Assembly (NCBI GenBank): GCA_020348445.1
Contig: CP070751.1
Coordinates: forward strand, 3,875,765 to 3,939,764
Direction: 5' to 3'
From: Thermoplasmata archaeon
GTDB lineage: Archaea > Thermoplasmatota > Thermoplasmata > GCA-020350865
DNA length: 64,000 nucleotides
Shown: positions 37,024 through 48,288 of the stretch, piece by piece
Position numbering within the stretch: the first letter of the stretch is position 1
Layout: the number at the start of each line of letters is the position of its first letter
Made by a program: the position numbers and the translations under genes
The notes under the pieces: generated by a model
What the model was told of the DNA's origin: nothing
Seen by the model: the letters and a program-made list of their open reading frames with translations, nothing else
The model's database searches: none

Positions 37024-38511
37024 ATGAAAATTTTACTAATCAATCCCCCCATAATTCTCCCGCGAAATTTAGGAACGCCTTCCCCATATATCCCATTAGG
37101 CCTGGCTTACCTTGCTGCTGAATTGGAAAAAAAGGATCATGACGTAAGTATTCAGGACATTTTACTTAAGGGCTGGGATAAAAATGAGTATTTTGAAGGA
37201 GACTTTGTCTATCATGGTCTATCACCTAAGGAAATCTTAGAAATCGTGCGTCAAGAAAAGCCAAGTGTGGTGGGAATCACAGTTCCGTATACGATTCAGG
37301 AGAAGGGGGCCTTCATAGCCGCTTCTGCAGTGAAGGAAGCGGGCCAGGAAATCACCACCATATTAGGAGGCTCTCATCCTACCATTCGCCCAGAGGATTG
37401 TGCAAGACACGAGGATGTGGATCTTGTTGTTATGGGTGAGGGGGAGAAGACTTTTTTCGAGATAATAAAACAAATGGAAATTGAGGGGGTGCATGGAGCG
37501 CAAAAAATAAATGGCGTCGCTTATGAAGAAGGTGGGAAAGTCCATATTAATCCTCCTTCCCCCTTAATAGAGAACCTCGATTCTATTCCTTTCCCGGCTA
37601 GACATTTATTGGACCTGGAAGCCTACTTCGAGGCATCCAAAGCCTCCTCTGGGGTACATGGCGTGCAAGTCAAGTCCCTTTATTCCCCGATTATAACCAG
37701 TAGAGGCTGTCCTTATGACTGCATATTTTGCTCCATCGATATAACAATGGGTAAGAAAATGCGCATGCGATCCCCTAATAACGTTGTGGATGAACTTGAG
37801 GAAATGGTTCATAGACATGGCATAAGAACTGTGCTCTTCGAAGATGATAATCTCACACACAACAAAAAACGTATCTTGGAAATATGTAAACAGATAATAA
37901 CAAGAGGCCTTGATATAGAATGGTACAATCCCAACGGTATCCGCGCAGACAAGTTGGACAAAGAACTGCTCTCGGCTATGAAGCGTTCCGGTTGCAAATT
38001 GATTTGGGTTGCACCTGAATCCGGCTCGCAACGCGTAGTAACTGAGATTATAGGTAAGCATCTCAAACTGGAATCTGTTGAAGACACTGTGAAGACCGCT
38101 AAGAAAGTGGGTATTAAAGTGGGTTTATTTTTCGTAGTGGGCCTACCAGGAGAGACCAAAGCTGAGATGCAGAAGAGCTTGGTTTTCGCACAAAGGATGC
38201 GGCAACTCGGAGCTTCATGTTTCACCTTTTCAGTTGCAACTCCTCTATATGGTACCAGGTTCTATAAAATGGCCATGGAACAGAAGTTGTTAGATCCAAC
38301 TTTCGATTCAAATTGTCAATCACCATATCTTCCCTCTCCCCTACAAAAACAAGAGTGGACAGCAGATTATGTCCAACATATTGTTGAGCAAGGGCGGAGG
38401 TTAAATCATCCACAAAATACAAAGGAACGGATGTTATGCCTTTTACGTAATCCTTCTGTGGTAGTTCCATATATAAAAAAAAGATTGGGGAAAAAATCCC
38501 AAATAACATAA
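37024..38511 (+). CDS. B12-binding radical SAM protein
   Basis: PLGLAYLA, GG.H.T B12-binding domain, SRGCPYDCIFC, F.DDN and ESGSQ motifs. Confidence 0.92.
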   Translation: MKILLINPPIILPRNLGTPSPYIPLGLAYLAAELEKKDHDVSIQDILLKGWDKNEYFEGDFVYHGLSPKEILEIVRQEKPSVVGITVPYTIQEKGAFIAASAVKEAGQEITTILGGSHPTIRPEDCARHEDVDLVVMGEGEKTFFEIIKQMEIEGVHGAQKINGVAYEEGGKVHINPPSPLIENLDSIPFPARHLLDLEAYFEASKASSGVHGVQVKSLYSPIITSRGCPYDCIFCSIDITMGKKMRMRSPNNVVDELEEMVHRHGIRTVLFEDDNLTHNKKRILEICKQIITRGLDIEWYNPNGIRADKLDKELLSAMKRSGCKLIWVAPESGSQRVVTEIIGKHLKLESVEDTVKTAKKVGIKVGLFFVVGLPGETKAEMQKSLVFAQRMRQLGASCFTFSVATPLYGTRFYKMAMEQKLLDPTFDSNCQSPYLPSPLQKQEWTADYVQHIVEQGRRLNHPQNTKERMLCLLRNPSVVVPYIKKRLGKKSQIT

Positions 38512-38563
38512 ATTATACAACGGGCTCCTATGATACAATGAGGATTTATCTTGTATTTGTACT

Positions 38564-39334
38564 TTAGAATCGATTTATGATTGTGGTACTTTTCACACCT
38601 TTAACAATGTTTCTCAGTGCTCCCTCCACATCTTTGCTGAGTTCGACTATTGTTCCTGTTACCACGATGTCAGCACCGGCTTCTGATATTCTGGATGCTG
38701 CTTTCGCATCCCTTATGCCTCCGCCCACGATCAAAGGTATTGAAAGTTCATTCTTAACAGCCTCTATCATTTCTGGAGGCACAGGTTCCGGTGCCCCAGA
38801 GCCCGCCTCAAGATATACAAATTTCATCCCCAAAAACTCTGCAGCAAGAGCATAGCCGATAGCTGTTTTTAAATCGTTCCTTTTTACAGGATCTGCATCA
38901 CCCATCTCCCCCACCTTCATCCCTGGCTCTACAATCACATAACCCATGGGGATAGTCTCGATTCCAATATCCTTTATGATGGGAGAGGCCATCATTTGCT
39001 CCCCGATAATATATTTTATATCCTTGGAATTCAACAACGACATGAAGTATATTGCATCAAAATTCGAGCTTAAAGCCTTTGAATGGGAAGGGAACTGAAT
39101 TATGGGTATGGGAACCTTATCCTTCATCGCCTGTACACTTGAATCCAGATTGTCCGCATCTATGCCTGTGGAGCCACCAACCATCACCGCGTCGGTACCT
39201 GCGAGAAATGCTAAATATGCGATATTCGCGCATTCTTTTGGACTCAATTTTTCTGGATCGATTAGAGTCATATGCAGTTTCTCGAGTCTTAGTTTGCTGC
39301 GTATATAATCTATTACCTTCATTTTCATCACCAA
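38564..39334 (-). CDS. Geranylgeranylglyceryl phosphate synthase
   Basis: H.TLIDP, VMVGGS, FMSLLNS, YLEAGSGA, VGGGIR and GAD.VVTGT. Confidence 0.95.
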   Translation of the reverse strand: MVMKMKVIDYIRSKLRLEKLHMTLIDPEKLSPKECANIAYLAFLAGTDAVMVGGSTGIDADNLDSSVQAMKDKVPIPIIQFPSHSKALSSNFDAIYFMSLLNSKDIKYIIGEQMMASPIIKDIGIETIPMGYVIVEPGMKVGEMGDADPVKRNDLKTAIGYALAAEFLGMKFVYLEAGSGAPEPVPPEMIEAVKNELSIPLIVGGGIRDAKAASRISEAGADIVVTGTIVELSKDVEGALRNIVKGVKSTTIINRF

Positions 39335-39350
39335 TTATTGAAATGAGCAA

Positions 39351-40187
39351 TCATACAGGTAATATACCTCCAGCAAGGAAAGCTAGCAAAGCGATTAGCA
39401 TTGCCCCTTTTATGGGAGTTGATGCACTGGTATTTCCTCGCAACAGAAGGAAGATGCAGTATATAAATATTGCATCAGCAACAACTATTGCGGGAATATA
39501 GTATCTTGATCCTTCACTTGAAAATACTCCTGTCAGAAGCGGCATTGGGCTGATTAACACCCCTAAAGCAATGGATGAAGAGGCTGCAATACCAGCATTT
39601 TTTATGCCCATTTTCATAGGTAATGTGTACCTGTCTTTGTCACCTTTGATGTCTTCTATGTCCTTGGCAATTTCTCTTCCTAGGGTGGCAAGAAACGCCA
39701 GTACAGCCAAAATGAAGGTTCTTTCCACTGCCCAAACCGCCGCACCACCAAACAAAAATGTCGTGGCAGTAAGCCAGCTGATTGTAATGTTTCCTTGGGC
39801 ACCTTTGGCCTTGGAGAATATCTCATAGGAAAGCATAACAGCCAAATTCGCAATAACTATGATAAAGGCAATTATGTTTATGAATAACGCCATAAATAGT
39901 GAGACAATAAATAAAATGATAGCCAGAAATAACGCACTATTGGATTTTATTTTCCCGGATGGAATAGGTCGTTTGGGGTGGTTGATACGATCTGTTTCCC
40001 TGTCATAATAGTCGTTTAGTGAATTGCCTGCCCCGGTAAATAGAAATGCCACGATACAGGCCAGGCCAACGGCCCTATAATTATCATCTACTCCCTCCAA
40101 GCCGCTTGCCACCAACGCACCAATTGCCACTGCAGCTGCCACCATAACACAGTTTAATGGGCGCAAGAGCTGGAATATGGCCTTCAT
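39351..40187 (-). CDS. Digeranylgeranylglyceryl phosphate synthase (UbiA family)
   Basis: LLRP.N, GN.LNDYYD...D.INHP.RPIPSG, REI.KDIED..GD; multiple TM helices. Confidence 0.92.
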   Translation of the reverse strand: MKAIFQLLRPLNCVMVAAAVAIGALVASGLEGVDDNYRAVGLACIVAFLFTGAGNSLNDYYDRETDRINHPKRPIPSGKIKSNSALFLAIILFIVSLFMALFINIIAFIIVIANLAVMLSYEIFSKAKGAQGNITISWLTATTFLFGGAAVWAVERTFILAVLAFLATLGREIAKDIEDIKGDKDRYTLPMKMGIKNAGIAASSSIALGVLISPMPLLTGVFSSEGSRYYIPAIVVADAIFIYCIFLLLRGNTSASTPIKGAMLIALLAFLAGGILPV

Positions 40188-40502
40188 CTATCGGGAATTG
40201 GGTTGGCCTTATAAGATTTTTGCTTTTAGGTAATTTATTGTTTTTTTGGTGTATTTGCCCTGGATTCTTTGCTTTATGGGCGGGCGGAGGGGGCAAGGAG
40301 GCCTGAGGTTTAAGATCTAAGTATTATAGAAACATAACCAAAGGATAAAGTGTTCCTTGAATAAACTTTAATAGGAATTAAGGGGAACACGGTGGTGGGA
40401 AAGGGCCAAACAATTATCACCCTGGATTGAAAACCTGAAAAAGTTAATATAAAAGGGTTCCATATGAGAGCGTTTATAAAGGGTTGAAAGGCGGATACAT
40501 AA

Positions 40503-41465
40503 ATGGCAAAAATTCTGATCTCAGGCGGCGCGGGATTCATTGGCTCCCATCTTGCAGAGAATCTCGCTCAACTTGAAAACGAGGTTGTAATTCTAGATAA
40601 TATGGACCTATATTATGATATTGGGATAAAAAGGAAGAATATCGAACTGGTTTTAAAAAATAAGAACTGCAGTTTTGTGGAAGGAGATATACTGGACAAA
40701 GAGCAACTAGATAATATCGTCAAAGACGGCATAGAGTTCATCTTTCACGAAGCAGCCCAGCCCGGTGTGAGAGCCTCGGTGGACAATCCGTTAAAACCCA
40801 ATGAGGTGAACGTTAAGGGAACTCTAAATATCTTGGAGGTGGCAAGAAAGAATGATGTGAAACGTGTAATCAATGCCTCTTCTTCTTCGGTTTACGGCAG
40901 GGTGGAATACCTTCCCTTTGATGAAAACCATCCTACCCAACCCCTATCCCCATATGGTGTAAGCAAGTTGGTTGCTGAGCATTATACACGGGTGTATAAC
41001 GAACTCTATGGAATTCCCACGGTGTCCTTACGATATTTCACCGTCTACGGTCCCAGAATGAGACCGGATCTTGCCATCCCGATTTTTACAAAAGCACTAA
41101 TTAAGGGCGAGTCACCCACCATATTTGGAAATGGCGACCAGACTAGGGATCTAACCTATATTGAAGATATCGTATCAGCCAATCTCATGCTCCTTAAAAC
41201 CAGTGGTGCTGACGGAGAAATCCTCAACATAGGAGGAGGAAAGAGGGTTACGGTAAACCAACTGTTCGAATATCTGAAACAATTAATTGGCAGCGATATC
41301 GAGCCAATTTACGGAGAAGAGATAAAAGGGGATGCAAAACATACATTGTCAGATGTCGGGAAGGCCGAAAAATTAATTGGGTATAAACCTACCATAGACA
41401 TAGAAACTGGTTTGGAAAGATTTGTTAAATGGTACAAGAGTAATTTGGATTTTTATCCATATTAA
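40503..41465 (+). CDS. NAD-dependent sugar epimerase/dehydratase
   Basis: GGAGFIGS, ASSSSVYG, PYGVSK, LRYFTVYGP and G.QTRD. Confidence 0.93.
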   Translation: MAKILISGGAGFIGSHLAENLAQLENEVVILDNMDLYYDIGIKRKNIELVLKNKNCSFVEGDILDKEQLDNIVKDGIEFIFHEAAQPGVRASVDNPLKPNEVNVKGTLNILEVARKNDVKRVINASSSSVYGRVEYLPFDENHPTQPLSPYGVSKLVAEHYTRVYNELYGIPTVSLRYFTVYGPRMRPDLAIPIFTKALIKGESPTIFGNGDQTRDLTYIEDIVSANLMLLKTSGADGEILNIGGGKRVTVNQLFEYLKQLIGSDIEPIYGEEIKGDAKHTLSDVGKAEKLIGYKPTIDIETGLERFVKWYKSNLDFYPY

Positions 41466-41482
41466 AGGAGGAATAAGGATAA

Positions 41483-42460
41483 ATGGCCAATAAAAGAAGG
41501 ATACTAGTTATTTATCCATTCTCCTCTTCCTATATTCAGCGTGATATGGAAATTCTCAAAGAAGAGTTCCAGGTTATGCCTTTCCAATATAAGGGTAAAA
41601 AAGACATTTTTAGAATGCTAAGAAGCATTCTCAAAACAGATGTAAATATATCTTGGTTCACCCTGGGTAATGCAACAATGGCCCTCCATTTATCCGGAAT
41701 TTTAAGAAAAAAGACCATTGTAATTGCAGGAGGATGGGATGTAGTAAGCATGCCTGAGATCGGTTACGGCGCAATGAGGGGTAAAAGGATTAAAAAGACC
41801 CGCTATGCCCTTAAAAAAGCGAATAAAGTCATAGCAGTATCTGAATCAACAAAGGAATGGGTGCTAAAATGGGTAGATAGGGATGATGTCATCACATTGT
41901 ATCATGGATTTGATCCTCAAACCTTCCTTCCAAAGGGCGAAAAGGAAAAGATGGTAGTTACCGTTGGAAAACTCGAAAACGAAGTCACCATCGCTATTAA
42001 GGGACTAGATACATTTCTAAAGACAGCCAAGCTCCTTCCAGATGTGAAATTCGTAATGATAGGTAGGCATGATCCAAAACTGGCTAAGGAGTGGAGAGCA
42101 AAGGCACCTCCTAATCTTGAAATTTTAGATTTTATTCCCTATGATAAAATAAGGGGATACTATCAGATGGCAAAAGTATATACACAGCTCTCTTATCAGG
42201 AATCCTTTGGCTGTGCCCTGGCTGAGGCCATGCTTTGCGAATGTGTCCCTGTTGTTACCAGAAGAGGGGGCATTCCAGAAGTTGTTGGTGACGCGGGATT
42301 CTATGTAAAATATGGAGATGCGAAAGCCACGGCTGAAAAGATAAAAGAGGCGCTTAATTCAGATATAGGTGGTGATGCAAGAAAAAGAATCATGACCTTA
42401 TTTCCTCTAAATGAAAGAAAGAAAAGATTGACAAAAATAGTATATGATTGTATGAAATAG
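41483..42460 (+). CDS. Glycosyltransferase family 4
   Basis: ESFG.ALAEAM..E.VPVV (EX7E) motif. Confidence 0.9.
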   Translation: MANKRRILVIYPFSSSYIQRDMEILKEEFQVMPFQYKGKKDIFRMLRSILKTDVNISWFTLGNATMALHLSGILRKKTIVIAGGWDVVSMPEIGYGAMRGKRIKKTRYALKKANKVIAVSESTKEWVLKWVDRDDVITLYHGFDPQTFLPKGEKEKMVVTVGKLENEVTIAIKGLDTFLKTAKLLPDVKFVMIGRHDPKLAKEWRAKAPPNLEILDFIPYDKIRGYYQMAKVYTQLSYQESFGCALAEAMLCECVPVVTRRGGIPEVVGDAGFYVKYGDAKATAEKIKEALNSDIGGDARKRIMTLFPLNERKKRLTKIVYDCMK

Positions 42461-42470
42461 GAGTGGGTGG

Positions 42471-43250
42471 ATGAAAAAACCTAAATTCAGTATCTGCACC
42501 ACGAACTACAACTGTGCCCATGCATTGAAGCGGCATTTGGATTCCATCTATTCGCAACTTGACGAGGAAGAATTTGAATATATTGTGGTGGACAGTAAAT
42601 CCAAAGATAGAAGCATGGAAGTGCTGAAAAAATATGCATCTTCACATGAAAATATGACTGCCCTTCAAAAAAGATGTGTGCGAGGCAAAGGAAGACAAAT
42701 CGCCTTTAAAAAAAGTAAGGGAGATTATATCCTTCAGGTGGACACAGATACCGTATATTATCCAATATGGAAGACATTTTTATACAAATGTATTGATGAG
42801 TACCCGAATCTGGCTGTCCAGGCTATTTTTGGAGGAGTTTACCCCAGGAAGATAATGGATGAAGTTAGAGGATGGCGTAACTTCCAGTGGGGGGATGACC
42901 TCGATTTATGGATGAGGGTATGGAAAATAGGTAAGATGAAATGGTACCCTGTGGCAGTTGGTGAGAACGTTAAGGAGATTGGTAAAGATTCATATATGGA
43001 TGCATTTTCAAAACGATACGGCCGCAAATTTGAGAAAAGTTCCAGAATGCTGAGAACAGAATTTGATTGGTTGAGATTGTACTATGTGCAGAAGATGGAT
43101 TTTCTAAAAATTGTGGAGGAGAACAGTGTTGATCTCCAACTCGGGGATAAGGAAAAATGGTTCAACGAGGCAGCAAAAACGAACCTGAGAAAGTGGATTT
43201 TGGGTGTTTTGAGAAAGGAGAAGAGGATATTAACGGGAAAATACGAGTAA
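42471..43250 (+). CDS. Glycosyltransferase family 2
   Basis: SI.T..YN, VVDS.S.D.S, G.GR..A and D.D motifs. Confidence 0.88.
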   Translation: MKKPKFSICTTNYNCAHALKRHLDSIYSQLDEEEFEYIVVDSKSKDRSMEVLKKYASSHENMTALQKRCVRGKGRQIAFKKSKGDYILQVDTDTVYYPIWKTFLYKCIDEYPNLAVQAIFGGVYPRKIMDEVRGWRNFQWGDDLDLWMRVWKIGKMKWYPVAVGENVKEIGKDSYMDAFSKRYGRKFEKSSRMLRTEFDWLRLYYVQKMDFLKIVEENSVDLQLGDKEKWFNEAAKTNLRKWILGVLRKEKRILTGKYE

Positions 43251-43266
43251 TCTATACAACTTTTAT

Positions 43267-44067
43267 CTAATTTTTTGATAGAACATACAGTTTATTGATG
43301 GATATATCATCAAAATCAGGGATATCAAAGGCGAGTCTTCTTGCCACTTCATTGATTTTGGCTTCGAATTTTGGCTCATCGGGCAGAACAACGAGGGGGT
43401 GAACCACTCTTGAGACGAAATAGTAGGTACCAAGGCTCCTGATCTCCATGATTTTAAAATTTTCATTTAGAAAATCCATCAATTTATCGTTATCAAGAAG
43501 CAGATTGTGCCAATGCTTTATGATTTCATGTAAACCATAGTACTTTCTCATTCTATTGAGTTCATTTAAACCCTCATTTGTTCCCTCGATCATCAAAAAT
43601 TTTCCACCTTCTTTAAGCACCCGTTTTATCTCCAACATAGCACCCTGTTGGTCTTCCCAGCTTCTAAGGTTTATTAAACACCGCTCGCTGATTGCAACAT
43701 CGAAGGTATCTTCAGGATATGTAAGATTTAGCACATCCATTTGTTTGAACGATAGGTTTTTCTTTTCTGGAGGATTTTCCTTGATTGTAGCCTCAGCCTG
43801 ATTGACCATTTCTTCGGAGAAATCGATGCCAACTATGCTCTTTACATTCTTAGAAAAAATCACTGTAGCAAAACCGTTTCCACATCCCACATCGAGCACG
43901 TGATTCTCTTCATCTAAATGAGTTAGCAGCAGGTCGATTTCAAGCATACGGAGGTTGACATCCCCCATGGTGGCTTGAGGTGATTCTTTTAATTCCTTGG
44001 CTTTATGATCCCAATATTCGAGAATTTCTTTTTTATCAATGCCGTCTCCTTGTTTATTTCCTTGCAT
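43267..44067 (-). CDS. Class I SAM-dependent methyltransferase
   Basis: VLDVGCGNG, GIDFS, FD...S..CL.N and LK.GG. Confidence 0.9.
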   Translation of the reverse strand: MQGNKQGDGIDKKEILEYWDHKAKELKESPQATMGDVNLRMLEIDLLLTHLDEENHVLDVGCGNGFATVIFSKNVKSIVGIDFSEEMVNQAEATIKENPPEKKNLSFKQMDVLNLTYPEDTFDVAISERCLINLRSWEDQQGAMLEIKRVLKEGGKFLMIEGTNEGLNELNRMRKYYGLHEIIKHWHNLLLDNDKLMDFLNENFKIMEIRSLGTYYFVSRVVHPLVVLPDEPKFEAKINEVARRLAFDIPDFDDISINKLYVLSKN

Positions 44068-44129
44068 TTTTTTTGCCCCTCACATTCTACTTATTCAAAT
44101 CGTATAGCAACATGTAATGAAAATTACCG

Positions 44130-45092
44130 TCACCATGTACTCCTAAACCAATTTATAGTCTCTTGTATGCCCTCTTCCAAACCCACTTTTGGCTCAAACT
44201 CCAAAATCTTCCTTGCTTTCTCTATATTGGGCACCCTAAGATGAACATCGGGATAGCTGCCAACGTTTTTAAAAATGATGTTTGATTTCGAGCTCGCCAG
44301 TCTTTTTACGTTCTGAGCAAGTTCAAAAACTGATAGGCTCTCCCTGGGATTGCCTATATTAAAGGCCTCGCCTATTGCTTTTGTGGAAGCCATAACCTTT
44401 ACAATTCCATCAACTGCATCACTGACATAGCACCAGGCTCTAATCTGAGTTCCGTCCCCATTGATTACTATATCTTGATCTTGGGTTGCGTTTATAACAA
44501 AGGTCTGTATAGCTCCCTCACCAAGTTGCCCTGGACCATAAATGTTGAAGAATCTAAGGGGTGTAACGCCAAGCCCATACTGCCTGTGAAACGCGAAGGC
44601 CAGATGATCTGTTGCTAGTTTACTTACCGCATAGCCCCATCTCACCTCATTGACGGGGCCTTGTGTTGTCAAATCCTCCTCCCGAGCGTTATAGGTGTAG
44701 GGCCCGTATACCTCACTTGTGGATGCGAAAATAACCCTGTCAATGCCCAAATCATATGCATTCTTAAATACATTGTAAGAACCCAGGAAATTCACTTCAA
44801 TTGTCCGAACAGGTTTTTTTACAACTGTATCGATACCGGCAACAGCAGCCAAATGAACAACTATATCGCACCCCTTCATCGCAGCCTTTAGCTCATCTGC
44901 CACCAATATATCTCCACTTTTGAAAGATACATTGGTTTTGTCACGTAGGTTTTCGTCCATTATGCCCCTTGAGAAATTGTCGAAAATTACCAACTCATTT
45001 TTATCAGAAAGCCTATTAGAAAGATGAGAACCTATAAAACCTGCTCCTCCTGTGATCATTATCTTCTTGCCTTCTATGCTCATTACCAACAC
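44130..45092 (-). CDS. NAD-dependent sugar epimerase/dehydratase
   Basis: GGAGFIGS, HLAA, ASTSEVYG, YAVSK and RFFNIYGP. Confidence 0.92.
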   Translation of the reverse strand: MLVMSIEGKKIMITGGAGFIGSHLSNRLSDKNELVIFDNFSRGIMDENLRDKTNVSFKSGDILVADELKAAMKGCDIVVHLAAVAGIDTVVKKPVRTIEVNFLGSYNVFKNAYDLGIDRVIFASTSEVYGPYTYNAREEDLTTQGPVNEVRWGYAVSKLATDHLAFAFHRQYGLGVTPLRFFNIYGPGQLGEGAIQTFVINATQDQDIVINGDGTQIRAWCYVSDAVDGIVKVMASTKAIGEAFNIGNPRESLSVFELAQNVKRLASSKSNIIFKNVGSYPDVHLRVPNIEKARKILEFEPKVGLEEGIQETINWFRSTW

Positions 45093-45167
45093 CGGCTGAA
45101 AATGAGAATAAGAGTAAGTAAGATTTAAAACTTATTATCCCGATATCGGCAAATTGGTGATATCCCC

Positions 45168-46274
45168 ATGGACATTCCACTTGCTAAGCCGTTTTTTCCT
45201 GCCACCACCCATAAGGTAATCGAGGAAGTTCTAAAAACTGGATGGGTGACCCAAGGCCCAAAAGTTGCTGAGTTTGAATTAAAATATGCAAAATACACCG
45301 GCTGTAAACATGCAATAGCGGTGAGTTCTGGCACTGCGGCATTACATGTATCATTGCTGGCAATGGGCATTGGAAAGGGTGATGAAGTCATAGTTCCCGA
45401 CTTCACATTTCCTGCAACAGGCAATGCAGTGCATTTCACTGGTGCAAATCCTGTTCTGGCAGATATAGATCTTGATAGCTACTGCATCAAACCGCAAGAA
45501 ATAAGGGATAAAATTACTTCCAAAACAAAAGCAATAATCCCTGTTCACAGCTTTGGTCATCCGTCCCCCATGGCAGAGATAATGGAAATAGCAAAAGAAA
45601 ATGACATTTTTGTAATCGAGGACGCAGCTCCTGCCCACGGTGCAGAGTTTGGTGGGATAAAAGTGGGAAATTTCGGTAAAGCCGGGTGTTTCAGTTTTCA
45701 TCCAAGGAAGATAATCTCTACAGGTGAGGGGGGGATGATCACCACAAACGATTATGAGGTAGCAGAAAAAGCAAAAACGATCAGGAACCACGGCATGGAT
45801 GAAATAACAAAACATGATAATCTTGAACTCAAATTGTCTACTTTCAGCATTCTTGGGTACAATTATCGCATGAGCGATATATTGGCTGCTATCGGTATAG
45901 AACAAATGGAAATACTAGATAGGGCCATTGAAGAAAGAAGAAGATTGGCAAAACTTTATAATGACCTGATTCGAGAGATAGGTATGGATGTTGCAGCCCC
46001 TTTGGAGCGTAACAATGTGAAACATGTTTATCAAAGTTATGTGGTGCTAATTGGAAAACAAAATACGAGGAACGCCACGATAAAAGCATTGAGAAACGAG
46101 GGTATAGGGTGCACCATAGGTACATATTCACTAAGCAATCTACCTCTATACGATGGCTTGTGCCCAAATGGAACCGGGGCCTTCAATGACACTCTCGCCC
46201 TGCCAATGTATGAAGGATTGGAGGATAAAGAGGTGGAGTATATAGTCGATTGTCTAAAACAAAATTACAAGTAG
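45168..46274 (+). CDS. DegT/DnrJ/EryC1/StrS sugar aminotransferase
   Basis: SSGT.ALH, IIPVH.FG, IEDAA.A.G, FSFHPRK.I.TGEGG and GYNYRM. Confidence 0.95.
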   Translation: MDIPLAKPFFPATTHKVIEEVLKTGWVTQGPKVAEFELKYAKYTGCKHAIAVSSGTAALHVSLLAMGIGKGDEVIVPDFTFPATGNAVHFTGANPVLADIDLDSYCIKPQEIRDKITSKTKAIIPVHSFGHPSPMAEIMEIAKENDIFVIEDAAPAHGAEFGGIKVGNFGKAGCFSFHPRKIISTGEGGMITTNDYEVAEKAKTIRNHGMDEITKHDNLELKLSTFSILGYNYRMSDILAAIGIEQMEILDRAIEERRRLAKLYNDLIREIGMDVAAPLERNNVKHVYQSYVVLIGKQNTRNATIKALRNEGIGCTIGTYSLSNLPLYDGLCPNGTGAFNDTLALPMYEGLEDKEVEYIVDCLKQNYK

Positions 46275-46298
46275 TAAATCCATGGCTTAGGATTTCTT

Positions 46299-47552
46299 TT
46301 ATTTCCCTGCATTATGAGCTATCGATAATAGCTCTTTTGTGGTTGGATGGGGTTCATCATTTGCCAAAGCTTCATATATCATCTTGTGTTGTAGAGCTGA
46401 GACCTTTGCTGAGCAGTATTTCATTGCGTATTTTCTGTTCTCCAACCCTTTTTTTCTGGTCTCATCAATATTGTCGGCTAGATAAATCAATTCATCTGTT
46501 GCTTCTTTGATAAGCCTATCATCATCCGCCCACTCAAAAACATGTAATCCCTTGCTTTTATCCATTAAATTTCTGTACCAGCCAATGTTTGCGGCCATCA
46601 TGTAACTTCCCATCATTAATGACTCTCTTCCGAACGTTGATAGGCAATCCACAATCTTTTTATGGAAATGGGGAACAACGTCAGCACCTTTGAGAAGCGA
46701 GGGCAGCTCATTTAGTTCATACCTCCCCATATAAAAAGCGTTTTTTGGATATTTGTCACATAACCCCCTTAATTCCATTTTTAAAGCCTCTGGTTTTTCG
46801 GCGGGATATGTATGAAAATATCCCCCCCAAACGAAGGTCACATCCTTTCTTTTAGAAAGAACGTTTTTAGCAATTTTTATGAGGGTGGAATCTCCTTTCA
46901 TCCTCTCTATTGCACCGCCTTTAAATACAATCAGGCCGTCTTTATGGATATTTTGTCGATCCCAGGAATATGGAATGACCTTATTGGGGTCAAAAACCTC
47001 GGAATCGATGCCAATGAATGGAAAGATCACCATCCTTTCCTTCAAAGCCTCCTCATTGCCTGGAAAATATCTTTTTGCCCGATCATGCAGTATGGTGCTG
47101 TCTAATTCATCTGCTATAACCACATCTGGTATATTGAGTATGGACCGTAAATAATATGGATTGGTCCGTCCAAAATCGTCAATTATTCCGAGATGACCTC
47201 CGTAATAGGTCAGAACAACCCTCTTTGGTATATTTAACGATTGAAGCAAGTGGGGGAGCAAAGTAAAGCTCTGGATATGTAAAATCGCATTCTTTTCAAT
47301 CTCCTGAATCGCTCTGATTGCCCATAGGTTCCTAAAATGTCTAGTGAGTCTCAAGCCTGGAAAATGAAAGTTCAAATTAGATAGCAATTTATAGTAGGTA
47401 AATACCCCTTTCTTTGGCATGTTATCGTGTGTTATGTATTCGATATCGAGATCTAATCTTTTTAGGTATTTAACAAGAGGATTGACCGCCGTTACGACCC
47501 CCACATTCATCCTACTGTCGTATTCCCCGAGTTCATAAATCTTTTTAACCAT
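46299..47552 (-). CDS. GT-B fold (family 4-like) glycosyltransferase
   Basis: GID...FDP, GG.I...KG and FGRE..M motifs; glycan cluster context. Confidence 0.7.
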   Translation of the reverse strand: MVKKIYELGEYDSRMNVGVVTAVNPLVKYLKRLDLDIEYITHDNMPKKGVFTYYKLLSNLNFHFPGLRLTRHFRNLWAIRAIQEIEKNAILHIQSFTLLPHLLQSLNIPKRVVLTYYGGHLGIIDDFGRTNPYYLRSILNIPDVVIADELDSTILHDRAKRYFPGNEEALKERMVIFPFIGIDSEVFDPNKVIPYSWDRQNIHKDGLIVFKGGAIERMKGDSTLIKIAKNVLSKRKDVTFVWGGYFHTYPAEKPEALKMELRGLCDKYPKNAFYMGRYELNELPSLLKGADVVPHFHKKIVDCLSTFGRESLMMGSYMMAANIGWYRNLMDKSKGLHVFEWADDDRLIKEATDELIYLADNIDETRKKGLENRKYAMKYCSAKVSALQHKMIYEALANDEPHPTTKELLSIAHNAGK

Positions 47553-47589
47553 TTTAATCCACTACTTTTAGGGTAATGATTTATGTCTC

Positions 47590-48288
47590 TTAATATTCCC
47601 TTTCCAAATGATACGATGTATGATACCAATAGCATGGATGAAGGAGAGCATATATCCTTTGCTCCTTTGGAATAAGTTCACATAAACATTTACCATCCCC
47701 TCCCCAATTCCCCAAACTATCAGTTATGTAAAATATGTTCTCAAGAAATTGGTCCATGTATGCCTCGAAGGAAAAACCAAATTCCCTAATATTTCTTTCA
47801 TTCCAAAATTCACTATTATTTATCTGTGTGAAATCTCTGTGAGGAGCTATGCCATTAATTTGTGTATCGAATATGAGTTCTAAAAGTTCCTTTTCCTTTA
47901 CAATCAATATACTCGGATCCTGTTTTGTGATTTCTGCTAAATCGATATGCTCGTAATGCAATCCCATGTCATGCCCGAAATCCATGATTTTTCTTAATGC
48001 ATTATATGTTTTAAATCCAAAAGGATTGTAATTGTCGGCGTTAACTCGGACAAAATATGTGGCTTTCGCGCCGAGTTCGTGCTCAATTTTGGCGAACTCT
48101 AGAGCCGATTGAGGCGAGAAATCGATGTCATGGCGAATCATGAGTATCTTTTCTGCTCTTTTTCCATTGGCATAATCCTCCATGCTGATGAACTCATATC
48201 CATTTTGTTTTGCCAGTGTTAGTATATCCTTGTAGTGCTTAAAAGTGAAGCCACATAATGATTCAGCGTCAGATGAGTTGTTTTTCAT
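47590..48288 (-). CDS. Polysaccharide deacetylase-like (NodB fold) protein
   Basis: RHDID, ATYF, GLH and L.HP..W motifs. Confidence 0.65.
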   Translation of the reverse strand: MKNNSSDAESLCGFTFKHYKDILTLAKQNGYEFISMEDYANGKRAEKILMIRHDIDFSPQSALEFAKIEHELGAKATYFVRVNADNYNPFGFKTYNALRKIMDFGHDMGLHYEHIDLAEITKQDPSILIVKEKELLELIFDTQINGIAPHRDFTQINNSEFWNERNIREFGFSFEAYMDQFLENIFYITDSLGNWGGDGKCLCELIPKEQRIYALLHPCYWYHTSYHLEREY